The position numbers were made by a program, and so were the translations under genes. A stretch of 64,000 nt of DNA from Mobula hypostoma (lineage: Eukaryota), in assembly GCF_963921235.1 (NCBI RefSeq), contig NC_086097.1, forward strand, positions 72,108,001-72,172,000. Direction: 5' to 3'. The notes under the pieces are model-generated. The model was given only the letters and a program-made list of their open reading frames with translations, searched no databases and had not been told where the DNA came from. Positions 49,420-62,535 of the stretch are shown here, piece after piece; within the stretch, counting starts at the first letter, position 1, and every line of letters begins with the position of its first letter.

Positions 49420-50900
49420 ATTGCTAAATTGATTTATTATTGTCTCATCTACCAAGGTACAGTGAAAAGCTTGTCTTGCCTACCATTTCATACAGATCAA
49501 TTCATTACAACAGTACACTGAGGTAGTACAAGGTAAAACAACAACAGAGTACAGAATTAGGTGTTGCTGTTAGAGAGAAAATGCAGTGCAGGTAAAGAAT
49601 AAGGTATAAGATCATAACAAAGTATACTGTGAGATGGAGGTCATCTCCTTGTACTGAAGGAACCATTCAATAGTGTTATAACAGTGGGATAAAAGCTATC
49701 CTGATATCTCAGTGAAATGTGATTTCAGGCTTTTGTATATTCTGCTTGATGGGAGGGGGAGAAGAGGGAATGACTGTGGTGGGTTTGGTCTTTGAATTTG
49801 CTGGCTGCTTTACCAAGGTAACAAGATGTGTAAATGAGTCCATGGAGGGGAGGCTGGCTTCTTCCCCTCCAGAGGTCCACAATTCTCAGTGGCTTGTTGT
49901 GGGCAGAGCAGTTGCCTTGCCATACCAAGTCATGATTCATCCAGATAGGATTCTTTCAGTGACGTATCGACAAAAATTGGTTAAGGGTTGTTACGTACCC
50001 CGTAACTGGGTTGCCAAACCAGCAGAAATGGATCACTCAGTTGGAGTCTGGATTACTAGAACTAAGAAAGTTTTATTAAAGAAACAAGCAACACAGAACT
50101 CTAATCAAAAGGATAATAAATGCAACAGTTCAGCAATGATAAACACACATGTACACAGAATTAAGATAACAGGATCAATCAAGCTCTATCGTTGTCTAGG
50201 GGTAAATGACCAGTTTCAAAGTGACGCAAAGTTCAGTTCAATTTAGTTCAGTTCAGTTCGCAGACAGTGGGGGGAAGGAGAGAGAGAGCAAAACGAATGA
50301 ATATTCAAACGGCTTCCACACACAGACCTTCGCAGTCAGCTTTCGGGCGAGCCCTTTGTGATGTCATCTGAGGTCACCGACCGTGACCCCTCCGTTTCCA
50401 GATACAATCGTTTCTCTGCGGTGAACCCGGCACCCAGGCAAGGGTGGACACTCACCAGGTTCCCGCCGATCGTGCCTTTCCACCCTGTGCGTCTATGGCT
50501 TGTCCCGCGACCAACTGTCCAAAAACTTCCCACCGACTTGTGGGAGACGCACCGCTTCCAGGGTCTCGTTACCTCAGGGTGTCGTGTATGTCTTGCCTTA
50601 GCAAACCTGTCCCTTTTTTTACCCCCTGCTGGGGTATCGCCTGTCCATCACTTCAAACAGTTCAGGGTTCAAAGGGGGAGCCGATCTTGACAGCTCTCCT
50701 TCCGTTACTCTCTCCCATCCCTTCATTAACATCTCCAAATGCTGCTCCATTGTTTTCCTTATCTCTCTCTCTCCTGAAGACAGGTGGCAGACCAACTGCT
50801 GATCCCACTGGTGCCAGCACAGGACAGCTAACATCTTAATCTATGTGTATTCTCATCACAGGGTTAACAGGGACAGGCCAAATTTCTTTAGCAGGTTGCT
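49420..50900 (-). mobile_element. Rex1/Babar 3' remnant split by a solo LTR
   Basis: Minus ORF 49725..49940 (WQGNCSA...L.R.V...CYLGKAASKFKD.THHSHSLFS). The flanks rejoin across the LTR. Confidence 0.75.
49989..50860 (-). mobile_element. Solo LTR with 4-bp TSD GGGT
   Basis: TGTTAC...TCACA termini. GGGT at 49985-49988 and 50861-50864. CpG-rich, with AATAAA on the minus strand near 50072. Confidence 0.9.
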
Positions 50901-51099
50901 GTACTGCTCTTTCAACTACTGCAACAAGTGGATAGAATGTGTCTTGGAAGTCAAAGTTGTCCATCACCCTGGGCTCTAGGTTTCAGCCACAGTTGAGAGC
51001 ATAAGTATAGCTTCCGTCATGAGGTCACAGGGAGCAATCTGTGAACTGGCATTGGATGATGAAGTGATTTGGCTGCATGTCTCCTCAGAATGAGTCCTG

Positions 51100-51510
51100 T
51101 AGTACCACCAAGAGACAATCACATTGCATGTGACAGCAATGAACCCTGCACTCCTGAGAAGCAGGGTACTACCTGCCAGCACCTCAAGAGATTGGAAAAC
51201 CACCATCTACATGTCTCTGCAAAAATTCCAAATGCGCTCTGCTGCAGTATGGAGTGTGTGAGTACTGTCATGCATTGGTAGATGCAATTGACTCCTGTCT
51301 TCATTGCACTTGACCAGTGGGGCCTAGAATCTTGATGCATTATACCTAACATTCCCCTCTCTGATCACCCCCTCAAACAGCTGCTTTATTTCAGTCCATG
51401 ATGGGTTTCTGCAACTGAAGAGATGGGATCTTCTGTTGGGTTTCCATATCATCCTCCAGTCAAGGTCAGAAAAGTGAGGTATCCAGTCCAAGGTCAGGTC
51501 ACACAACAAC
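51100..51510 (-). pseudogene. Possible PIF/Harbinger transposase fossil
   Basis: Collinear degenerate motifs across three minus frames: LCD, W.P...SH, QLFEG, LG, QSAFGIF, FQSL, FIAVTC. Confidence 0.4.
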
Positions 51511-52460
51511 CCCTCCCCCCAACCCCTTCTCAGTAATAGTTGAAATTGTTGCTCACCTCACCTTCAGGAACTGTATGTGCATCATGAATTCACAAAGCTT
51601 AGTTTCTGCTGGTGAGCAGGTCTCCTGAGTTAACCCAGACCCAGCAAATGGGTCCTTTTATTAGCCCATTAATAGCTTTTCAAGCCTTAGGTGCTCTAAA
51701 GCTCCTGGTTACACCTTGGAGCCTGGAGGTGAAGCAATACCTCACTGGAAATGAGTTGGAATGTAAAGCAAGCTTTACATCAGGGAGTACTCATATGGAG
51801 ACTCTGTGAAAAGGACATTCAGGAAGGTGCTTTACTTACTGTTTTTTAACTTTATTTTAATTGGTTTATTATTGTCTCATACTGAGATACAGTGAAAAAC
51901 ATTGTTTTATATGACATCTATATAGAGTAGATTATTTCAAAACGTAAGTACTTTGAGGTAATGGAAAGGGAAATGTAATAACAGAATGCAAATTATCGTG
52001 TACAGAGGATGTGTAGTGTGGCCAAACAAATAAAATGCAAGCACCATGATGAGGTCAAGAGTTCTGAACTTCCATTAAAATAATGTTTTGTTTGAATTAT
52101 TTAAATCTATTTGAATAGTTTTAAAGTGTCACTTTGACCAAAGACATTTAAAACCTATGAGAAGCCTTTTGTGCTCCAACAGCTGGAGAACTGCCAGGGA
52201 GATGCAAATATCTGATGTAAGATTTAATAGGGCAATCAGACTGGAAAACTTTCCAAAGAAATTAATTGGACAGATAGAGTCAGGACACCAGATCCAGGAA
52301 GTTATTACCCTCAACGATTGGGCTCCTGAACCAACACGGATAACTTCACTCACCTCAACACTGAACTGATCCCATGACCTATGGACGCAGTTCCAGAGAC
52401 TCTACAACTCGTGTTTTCAGTATTATTTATTTACTGTTTATTATTATTGTACTTTTATTT

Positions 52461-53187
52461 TCTCTTAGCTCAAGCTACTAAAACCTGAGGTATGGGCATA
52501 GCTAAGCGCACTTGTTTCTCTATTGCTAGGAACTTTTGGAATGTTCTAGTGTGGTTGTAGTCCCACACAACTTCAGTGGAGGTGTAGTGACTGTGGGATG
52601 ATACCAGTTGTAGATATTACTATTGAGACAATGTATACCCTGTTCATCGTCATCAAATCTGCTCAGATCGTGGGGATGTCTTCCATGAAGGGTCACACTC
52701 TTCCAGTGGTTAACTTTTTCTTCTGCATTTTTCCTTATCAGAATTGCTTATGCTAACTTGGAATGCCGAATCCTGTTTTCATTGATGGAAGTATATCTTT
52801 AGAAGTTTTATCTAAGTACATTCAAGTGTACACAGTCTTTTCAAAAATTTGTCATTTCAGTTCTTATTTTTCTTTGTAAATTTTCCAGATTGGTTTCAGA
52901 CCAAGGGATTATGCCAAAAGGATACATTAATATGGGCATTCCAAAAGAATATTATTTTTTTTGTCTCTCAGCTCAAGGAGGTAAAACCTGAGGTATGGGC
53001 ATAGCCAAGCATGCTCATTTGTCAATTGTTAGGAACCTTTGGACTGTTCTAGTAGTGTTTGGTGCTGTGGCTTTCTGAAGATTTACATAGATACTGTGTA
53101 GCCCGAATTTTTAATGCTATTGTGTGGTGACTTTGGGATGGCACCAGTTGTAGATATTACTATTGGGACAATGTATATCCTGTTCAT
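52461..53187 (+). repeat. Imperfect direct duplication (52461-52647 and 52963-53187), each copy carrying an AG-[21 nt]-GT cassette
   Basis: Shared blocks AAAACCTGAGGTATGGGCATAGC, TAGGAAC.TTTGGA.TGTTCTAGT and ACCAGTTGTAGATATTACTATTG.GACAATGTATA.CCTGTTCAT. Confidence 0.85.
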
Positions 53188-56100
53188 GTGCCAAAGTCTT
53201 TCAATTTCCACTTTCAATTAAGCATATCTCTGGTGTTTTTCACATTGATTTCTATAAGTTATTTGTGTTTGGAATGGCTATATCTATTAAATATGTTGTT
53301 CTTGCTTATTTATCTTGTATTATTATATCCCGATGGTTATTATGGATTATCCTAATTGTAATAACTGATTAGTCATAATATATTTTGTGGTATTCTGACT
53401 CGAAAATGGAATCAGGCTTGTATTTATAGTAAGGTGTGACTTCATTTAAAAGTTTGCATTTTAAAGCAAGATTTTAATAAATGAAGTTTGCCTCATGATT
53501 TTGCCTGTGTTATTTTTATTATTATTATTATTATTATATTTGTGCAACTTGTCTTTTTTTTAACATTGATGTTTTGCCAGTCTTTGTGTATAGTTTTTCA
53601 TTGATTCTATTGTATTTCTGTGTTCTTCTGTGAATGTCTGCAAGAAAATGAATCTCAGGGTAGTCTGTTGTGAAATATATAGTATATACTTCAATAACAA
53701 AGTTACTTTGAACTTTGGGAAAGCTGCATGAGTCAAAACAATTTGGTCCAATTTGTGCTAAGCAGGATTCTAACAACTGAGGCTCTTAAATGGCCATGAG
53801 GTGCATAAGTAGTAAAAGCACATCAAATGCGCCACTGGAAATTGGGGTGAAGGCCTGCACAGTGCCTATTAATGGTGACTTAATTTTCTGACCTGTAATT
53901 GTGAGTTAGTTTTGACTGTTTAATAACGTAATTTGTTCAGCAGCTGATTATTCAACTTCAGTGATGGGTTCATTTGAAATACCTGAATATTACAGGCAAA
54001 AGCTTCTTGTTTCAAGTTCTGACTCTGGATATAAACTATTGTTCCAACTGCACTTTATTGAGGAAATAGTGTTCCACCTCCAACACATGAATAGTGAAAC
54101 TTTTGGAATGGGGTATCTACCAGAATGCACTACTTTTCCAATCCATTTGGGAAATCTGATAAAATTAGTGCAAAAGCTTGCAAGTTTTCAAGTCAAGTTA
54201 CCTTAAGAGCAACTTGAGTTCCAAAGTTTGTTTCACTGCTCTTGAATCATGTTGTTAGAAGCCAGCCACTGTCATAAAACTATCCATGCCTCCAGGGTAA
54301 ATTAATCAATCACCTTTGCAAATTTCCATTCATTGTGTTCGGTTGCAGACTTTCAAACAGATTTCAAAAACTAAGTTATATTTTACAGGTGTAAGGGCAC
54401 TGTTAAGCACCTCTTAGAAGCGTTTATACATTTAAGTTCACTAAGGAACTGAGAGCAATATAAGCAGAAATTGTCACTGCACCATTCATTTTTCACATTT
54501 ATTTTCAGTTATTTAAAATCAGGTTATTTGTAACTATTGAATGAAATCTACAGAATTAAAATGCTCATGTATAAAGGTGAACCATAATCACTCAGTAATA
54601 GCAGCAAAACTGAACAAAGGGAACAGATGAGACAGGTTAACGAAAAAAATCTGCTAAGTTTCTAACTGAGAATTTTTAAATGTCCAGTGTGTTGGGCATG
54701 AATGACTCTGCAGTGGACGTGATAAACATAAGGAAATTGTTTGTACTCATTTTCCTATGACCATCCAAAACATACAAGGTGCTTGTGAATTGAGGACTGC
54801 ATTAAAGTGGTGGAGCTGCAGCCTATTTCCTGCTTAGTAGAACCCACTTTGATTCGCAAAGCTGACCATTCCAGATGTGAAAATTTTAAGGTAATGAGCC
54901 TCCCCGGAGATAATGCTATTTAAAGTCCATTTGAAAATTACAGCAGATTGTTTAGATGCTATTTATACAGATGATGGTGAAATATCCTCCCTCTCTTTCA
55001 GCAGCAGAATTAACCTGTTCAGTTTTAAGATGTGCTAAAGTAAGGTTGGTACAGATTCAAACAAAGTTGTTGCACAGGACTTTTATGTCCTTAGTTAGTA
55101 AAGCATTTATAGATTTGTCACAACCAAAGGACAAATGCATGACATTATCCAATGAAGTATTTATTCATTGTGTATCCTTGCGTACAGTCTGGAAAGAACT
55201 TCATATAAACAGAATGTACCTCTGGAGCTCTCCATATATCTCATGTAATCACTCTGCATAGTCCACATATCACTCCTCTATAGACTGGGAATCCATAGGG
55301 ATGTGTGCTTTACAATCATTCATCCTCTTCTGCCTAAATAAATAAGCGTAAGCTGACTTTCACTGAAGACCTATTGAACCGGGATTACAAATGTGCCAAT
55401 GAATGTATGTGACAGAGTATTGAGCATAAAATCTGGGGTCAGCAATGCAGAATCATAAATGACAGAAGAAAACAAAGAGCAGAAGAATAGAATTAAAACT
55501 GTGAGACACTTTTACTGGCAACAGATGCAGGTGGGTAGCAGACCACTGCGCAGCTGCCTGAAAATTGACTGGCCTCTTTAATGCCCTTGAAGTTTGACCT
55601 CACATAATTAACCAAAATCTTGTGTAAATTCTGTCCAGTGCACTAATGCCAACTAGAATTGGATTGCAAGTCAAATATGTAACAGGTCTCTACCTTGTTT
55701 GCAGATCAGTTATGTAAAGTTATATCCATTAACTGCATAAAAACACTCAGAAACTACCCAATAGCCTGTCTTGCTCCAACCGTGTTAACACCACATCCAA
55801 GAAAGCTCATCAAAGCCTTTACTCCCTCAGGAAGCTAAAAGAATTGACCTGTCCCCTTGACCCTCACAATCCACCTTGTTATGATCTTGCACGTTATTGT
55901 CTATCTGCACTGCACTTTCTCTGTAACTGTAGCTGTTGCATTCTGTTACTGCTTTGCCTTGTACTAGCTCAATGCACTGTAATAAATTGATCGGTTTGAA
56001 GAATACATGAGACAGTAATAAACCAATTCTAATTCCAGTTCCAAATTCTACTCTCACAGCCTCTTCCATCAGAGTTAAATCTTAGACTTAATGAAATTAT

Positions 56101-59100
56101 TATGAAAAAGGTTGTATATATCAAGAATTATCTGCAATGCAACAGACCAAGCGAATGTTTACAAAACTAGTGTTCTGATTTAGCAGCAAAAGGGACTATG
56201 AAATTATTGAAGCTTTCATCATCTTTTGCCATATCATTCTGCATAGTCTAAGCTTGTTCAGTCATAATTTGTGACAAGAACACTAATGTGTTTGTGAATT
56301 GATAAGAACATTTTTCAAAGTCTGGATCTTAGATCTTTCATTGTTTGTCTCTGGATGTTTGGTTATAGCTGCCATGAAGTTACATTATGGGAAAAAAAAT
56401 TGAGACTAATTCTGATGATGTTCAATCCCTCTCTGCCCTCCAAAATAAATAAGTAAATGCTTAATTTTATCTGGGATGATGGGTTTCAGGGCAGATTTTG
56501 CATGGAGGGCATGCTCAAGTTGGGTATGGATAAGTTACATAGTTGCTGTTTTCTGCTCCATTCAGAACAAAATTGGTAGCTAACATTGACATATTGGAAA
56601 CAAGCATACAAAAAAATAAAAATGGAGACACAGGATTCTATAATCTGGAATAAAGACATAAACTGCTGGAGCAACTTGGTGAGTTGAACTGCACCTGTGG
56701 AGACAAAGGAATATTTAATGTTTTGAGTCAAGACCTTGCATCAGGACTGAAAATAAAAATATCTACCAATCATCTGATGAACATGCAGGTGATTCATCGT
56801 GCTTTTCTGTTTGGTGGCAGTTACTTACCTAAAGTATATTCTGATTCTTGCATCTTAGAATTTAATTTTGTTTGAACAGATGATTAGCCTCATGTTGTGG
56901 TTATTTCAATTCCAATCAGGATATGCCTGTGCTGGGCTTGCAGCAGACTTCCTTGTTTCTCTCAGAGGCATTGTCTGATAACTGACTCTCAGAACTGGGA
57001 AGCTAACCAATAGCAAACTTCTTGTGGTCATTATCTAGTTAAAGTAATTTATATTCTTGTTAACAGCTTGCATATAAGCTTTTACTCCATCACTCCTGCA
57101 CACAGTTGGACTGACCATCAATAATTTTATGAGACATGTCTTGTTCTATCACCATTCATCATGTCATCTGAGACTTTGGACACTGGATCTTTTCACATTG
57201 TTGATTTATCTTTTATTCTGTTGTCAACTCCTAGTGTGCAAACCTGCACCACTCTGAAGTACATTATTTTCCAGAGTGATCATGAAGCTGATGTCGCTGA
57301 TTATTTTTGGTATGTTGAGTTTTGGAAGATGTAACTTTGTTCGCTAATCAAATTATTTAATATTGATTCGTCTGTTTTCACTCTGAATTGGGCATCATAG
57401 CCTCTTTCTTGCAAATTGTTCTATAATTATTACATACAATGTGATTTCTCTACTTCTAAGCCAGCAGGAGTATATTTCTAGTTTAGTCTGTTGGCTGTAC
57501 GATGATATGCCAAATTAGATTACAAAATTTGCATAGAAAAGCAAAGCACTGAGTTTGCAGCAGCCTCTCTAGTTCATCTGGGATACCATCTGCTGCCAGG
57601 GCTTTGGTGGGATTTTATTCTTTTGCTGCAGCTTTGACTTCTGTTTTCAAGGGTAAGAGTTTCATTGGTAAGTTCTCTGGAGGCCACAGAGTTGGCTGCA
57701 TTCATGCTTGTTCATCATGCAGCTTTGCTCTGCATCTTTTTTCATTGTGTGCCTGGTCCTCATCACCTTACCATTCAATATTATATGAACAACTACCCAG
57801 GCTTATATTTAGGGTTCAATTTTTTTAACTGTATATGTATTTGCAATTTTATACACAGCAATTTCAGTCCTCTCATCTTTTAAACCATAGCTGATCCTAT
57901 ATTTGTATCTTGTTTTCTCCTTCAGTGGAGGAAAACATTTTTTTCATTAGCAAGAGGCTGTTTGGGGCTTACACCTAGACAGATCATGCAGTTGCTGGCT
58001 GCCTTAGCAATTATTACTTCTTATTGCACTTGTTTATTAATAATGCCTTGAATGACCTGTTGCTTAGCAGCGATTTGCTACAAGGGTTATCATTTCATAA
58101 TTACTTTTACTTCTAGAGCATTTCTGGCTTGCACAATATTTTTGATTTAATTTTTTCGGACTTATGGTAGGAAACAATTCTCTCTTGGTTTGCTGCGTGT
58201 ATAGTGTTTTCTGCTAGTGAGCATCAATTCTTCATTCTAAGGTATTATTCTACTGTTTCAAGTGACAATGCCCTGGAACTGGGTTCACACCACTTGTAAA
58301 ACTTGGGCTGGACAGAGTTAGGTTCAGGTTTCACTTGAATGAGAGCAATAACATATAGATGGATTCATAGAGTCATAGAACAATACAACACAAAAAAAAG
58401 TCCTTCGGCCCAACTAGTATGCGCCGAGCAATTTGAACTGCCTGGTCTTGTCGACCTGCCCCCGAATCGTAGCGCTCCATACCCATTCCATTCATGCATC
58501 TATTCAAACTTCTCTGAAATATTGAAATTGAGGTCACATGCAACACTTACACTAGCAGCTCGTTCCACACTCTCACCACCCTCTGAGTGATGAGGATTCC
58601 CCTCATGTTCTCCTTAAACTTTTCACCTTTCACCCTTAACCCATGACTTCTACTTGTACACCCACCCAACCTCAGAAGAAAAAGCCTTCTTACACTCTCC
58701 TAACCTATACCACTCATGATTTTGTTTACCTTGAATAAATCTCCCCTCAATCTTCGATGTTCTAAGGAATAACCGATTCAATTCTTCCTTATAACTCAGG
58801 TCCCCCAGTCACGACAACATCCGTGTATATTTTTCTGTACTCTTCCAACCTTATTTACATCTTTCCTGTAGGTAGGCGATGAAAACTGCGCACACTACTC
58901 CAAATTAGGCCTCACCAATATCTTATGCAACTTCAACATAACATCCCATCTCCTGACTTTGATTTATGAAGGCTAATGTGCCATAGAGCTTTCTTTACGA
59001 CCCTATCTACCTGTGCCGCCACTTTCAATGAATTGTGGACCAATATTTCCAGATCCCTTGTTCTACTGCACTCCTCAGTGCCCTACTCTTCACTGTGTAA

Positions 59101-59224
59101 GACCTACCCCAGATAGTCCCACAAAGTGCAACACCTCACACTTCTCGGCATTAAATTCCACCTGCCATTTTTCAGCTCCTTTTTCCAGCTTGTCCAGATC
59201 CCGCTGCAAACTCTGATAGTCTTC

Positions 59225-61067
59225 AGAGCTAGGGTACTGTATCAGAGATATATTAGGACCATTTATGTCTTTCATTTCACAGAATCTTGTTTAACCCTTT
59301 CTGTTCCTGTTCCAAACACAATAGTTCATATTGACAGGTTCACAATACACCACCAGGATAGGACTGCTGAGTCTTTAAAATCCAAAGGCCGGGGGTAGGA
59401 GGGGGAGTTGCAGTTTGCTTCATGATCAGTTTCTTGTGGTGTACAAATGTGGCGGTGTTGTCACAGTTCTGCTCACCAGACCTGGAACATCTCACAATCA
59501 AATTACTGGCCATTTTACCTGCTGTGGAGCTTTCAGTGATCATTTTAGTAGTGGTGTACATCCCACTGCAGGCCAGCGTCAAACAGGCTCGAGATGATCT
59601 GAGCAATGTAATCAACTGGTGAAACAGCACATCCTGATACCTTCCCCCATCATTCTGGAGGATTTTAACCAGGCCAGCTTAAAAAGGTCCCTAAATAATT
59701 ATTATCAACAAATCACTTGTAGTATCAGAGGAACCAACACACTGCACGACTAACACCACGATCAAGAGCAGTTACCCTGCTATTCCATGCCCACACTTTG
59801 GAAAGTCTCATCACTTGACTCACCTGAGTACAGACAGAGACTGAAGATTGCAGCACTAGTAGTGAGGACCAAGAAAGTATAAACAAGGGAGGCACAGGCG
59901 CGCTCACAGGACTGCTTTGAATTAGTGGACTGAACTGTATTTAGTGATTCATCTTCAAGTCTGAATGGATATTCCACAGCTGTCACTAACTTCATTAAAA
60001 CCTGTGTGGATGAGTGTGTGTCTACAAGAAGATACCGTACATATCAAAATCAAAAGCCTGTGGATGAACCAGGAGATTTGTAGTCTGCTGAGGGCTAGAT
60101 CTGTGGCATTTAAGTCTGGCGACCCAGGTCTGTATAAGAAAACCAGATATGTCTTGTGGAAGGCTATTTCAAGGTTGAAGAGACAATTCTGAGCAAGCTT
60201 GAAGGCGATATCAGATGCATGTCAATTCTGGCAGGATTTGCAGGACAAAGCAAAACGCAACAGCATGAATGACAGTGATGCTTCACTCCCAGACAACTCA
60301 AGGCCTTTTATCCTCACTTTTAAAGGGAGAATAAAACCACGGCTATGAGGATCCATGTAGTACCCGGTGACCCTGTGATTTCTGTCTTAGAGTCAGACAT
60401 CAGGCTATCTTTCAGGAGGATGAACCCTCACAAGGCGGCAGGCCCTGATGGACTATCTGGTAAGGCTCTGAAAATTTGTGCCAGCCAGCTGGCAGGAGTG
60501 TTCAAAGACATTTTCAATCTCACAGTGCTGCAGTTGGATGTTCCCACCTGCTTCAAAAGGGCAACAATTATACCAGTGAGGACCATCTGGTATTTGGGGG
60601 GCTACTGCACAGGATCAAAGTAAGCAGCAGAAAATTGTAAAATTATTCAGCTCCATCATGGGTTCTAGCCTCCATAATATCCAAGACATTTTCAAAGAGC
60701 AGTGCCTCAAAAATGTGGCATCCATCATTAAGGACTCCTGCCTCCCAGGATGTTCCCTCTTCTCACTGTTACCATCAGGAATGAGGTACAGAAGCCTGAA
60801 GGCACACACTCAGCCAATCAAGAACAGCTTCTTTCCCTCGGCCATCCAAGTTCTGAATGGACATTGAACCTGTGAACACGACCTCGCTACCTTTTCTATT
60901 TCTGTTTTTGCACTACTTACTTAATTTAGCTATTCGATATACATATATATACTCTCTGTAATTGATAGTTTTTTAAATCTATCTTATCATGTATTGCATT
61001 GTACTGCTGCCGCAAAGTTAACAAATTTCATGACATAGGCTGGTGATAGTAAACCTGATTCTGATTC
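59225..61067 (+). mobile_element. Internally deleted Rex1/Babar LINE nested in CR1
   Basis: CSPDLEHLTIK, VVYIP, GDFNQA, HKAAGPDG..G.ALK.CA.QLAGVF.DIFN and LLPSG.RYRSLKA. Tail AAACCTGATTCTGATTCT at about 61051-61068. Confidence 0.88.
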
Positions 61068-61973
61068 TTCCACTACACCCCCAATCTTGGTGTCCTCTGC
61101 AAATCTGGTGATCCAGTTAACTACATTGTCATCCAGATCATTGACATAGATGACAAACAACAACGGACCCAGCACCGATCCTGCAGCACTCCACTAGTCA
61201 CAGGCCTCCATTCAGAAAAGCAACCACCTATTACCACTCTCTGGCTTCTCCCACAAAGCCAATGCCTCATCCAACTTACTACCTCATCTCAAATTCTGAG
61301 CGACTGAACCTTCTTGAACAACTTCCCATGTGGACCTTGTCAGATGCCTTGCTGAAGTCTGTGTAGACAATGTCCACTGCCTTGCCTTCATAAACTTTCC
61401 CAGTAGTTTTCTCAAAAAACTCTGAAAGATTGGTTAGACACGACCTACCATGCATGAAGCCATGCTGACTATCCCTAATCAGTCATATCTATCCAAATAC
61501 TCATACATCTGGTCCCTGAGAATACTTTCCCACTACTGATGTCAGGCTCACCACCTATAATTTCCTGGTTTACTTTTTAAATGCCTTTCTTAAGCAACAG
61601 AACAACGTTAGCTGTCCTCCAATCCTCCGGTACCCCACCTATCGCTAAGGATGATTTAAATATCTCATGCCAGGGCCCCTGAAATTTCTGCATTTGCCTC
61701 CCGCAGGGTCCAAGGGAACACTTTGTCAGGCTGTGAGAATTTATCCACCTTGATTTGCCTCAAGACAGCAAACACCTAATGTGTATAGTGTCATGACCTC
61801 ACTGCTGCTTTGCTTCACTTATATATACTCTATATGTCTCCTGAGTAAATACAGATGCAAAAAATCCACTTAAGATCTCCCCCATCACTTTTGGCTCCAT
61901 GCATAGATTAGCATTCTGATCTTCCATTGGACCAATTTTGTCCCTTGCAATCCTTTTACTAACATATCTGTAG

Positions 61974-62535
61974 GTGGCTCTGCTGAAAGTGAGTGACTAC
62001 TTACTGAAGGCTACCAAAACAAGTAATTCAACTAAATACTTTATTAATAATACTTTTTCTGTAAAAAGAGTTATTAATAAGGTGAACAATCACCTCAAAT
62101 AATGGAGAGGTGAACAAAGGCGAGGCTGAGTTGAGGGTTGCAGTGTGAGGCTGCAACGCGGTCAGAGAAAGTCGAGGCACTTCAAGACAAGGTTGGGGCG
62201 AGAAGAGTGGAACAAGGCTGGAGTGGAGGAGAGGCAAACTTGAGATAGACTAACTAAACCGAGCGAGGGCTGCTTTGGACAGTGGTCTGCTCCAGTTGCT
62301 CGGGGCTCCATGTCTGTGGGCTCCATGACGTCTACTCCACTATGTGCTGAACTAAGGGTAAGGCTGAGGGTGTGATCTGCTCTGGTTATTCCAGGCTCCA
62401 TGTCTGGGGACTCACTTTCTTTCTAAATGCTATTTGCATATTTTTATTGGTTACATGATTTGTTTTTCTTCTCTCTGCACATTGGGTGTTCATCGGTCTT
62501 CTTTTATGGGTTCTTTTGGGTTTCTTTGTTTTGTG
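61974..62535 (+). mobile_element. Unclassified non-autonomous retroposon fragment nested in CR1
   Basis: It interrupts the CR1 reading frame. Its T-rich 3' part (GGGTTCTTTTGGGTTTCTTTGTTTTGTG) resembles the Rex1-type 3' UTRs elsewhere in the window. Confidence 0.5.

Noticed and set aside
49719..50839. ORFs of 110-175 aa as genes
   Set aside because: They span a Rex1 remnant and a TSD-flanked solo LTR and have no recognisable domains, so they are chance ORFs.
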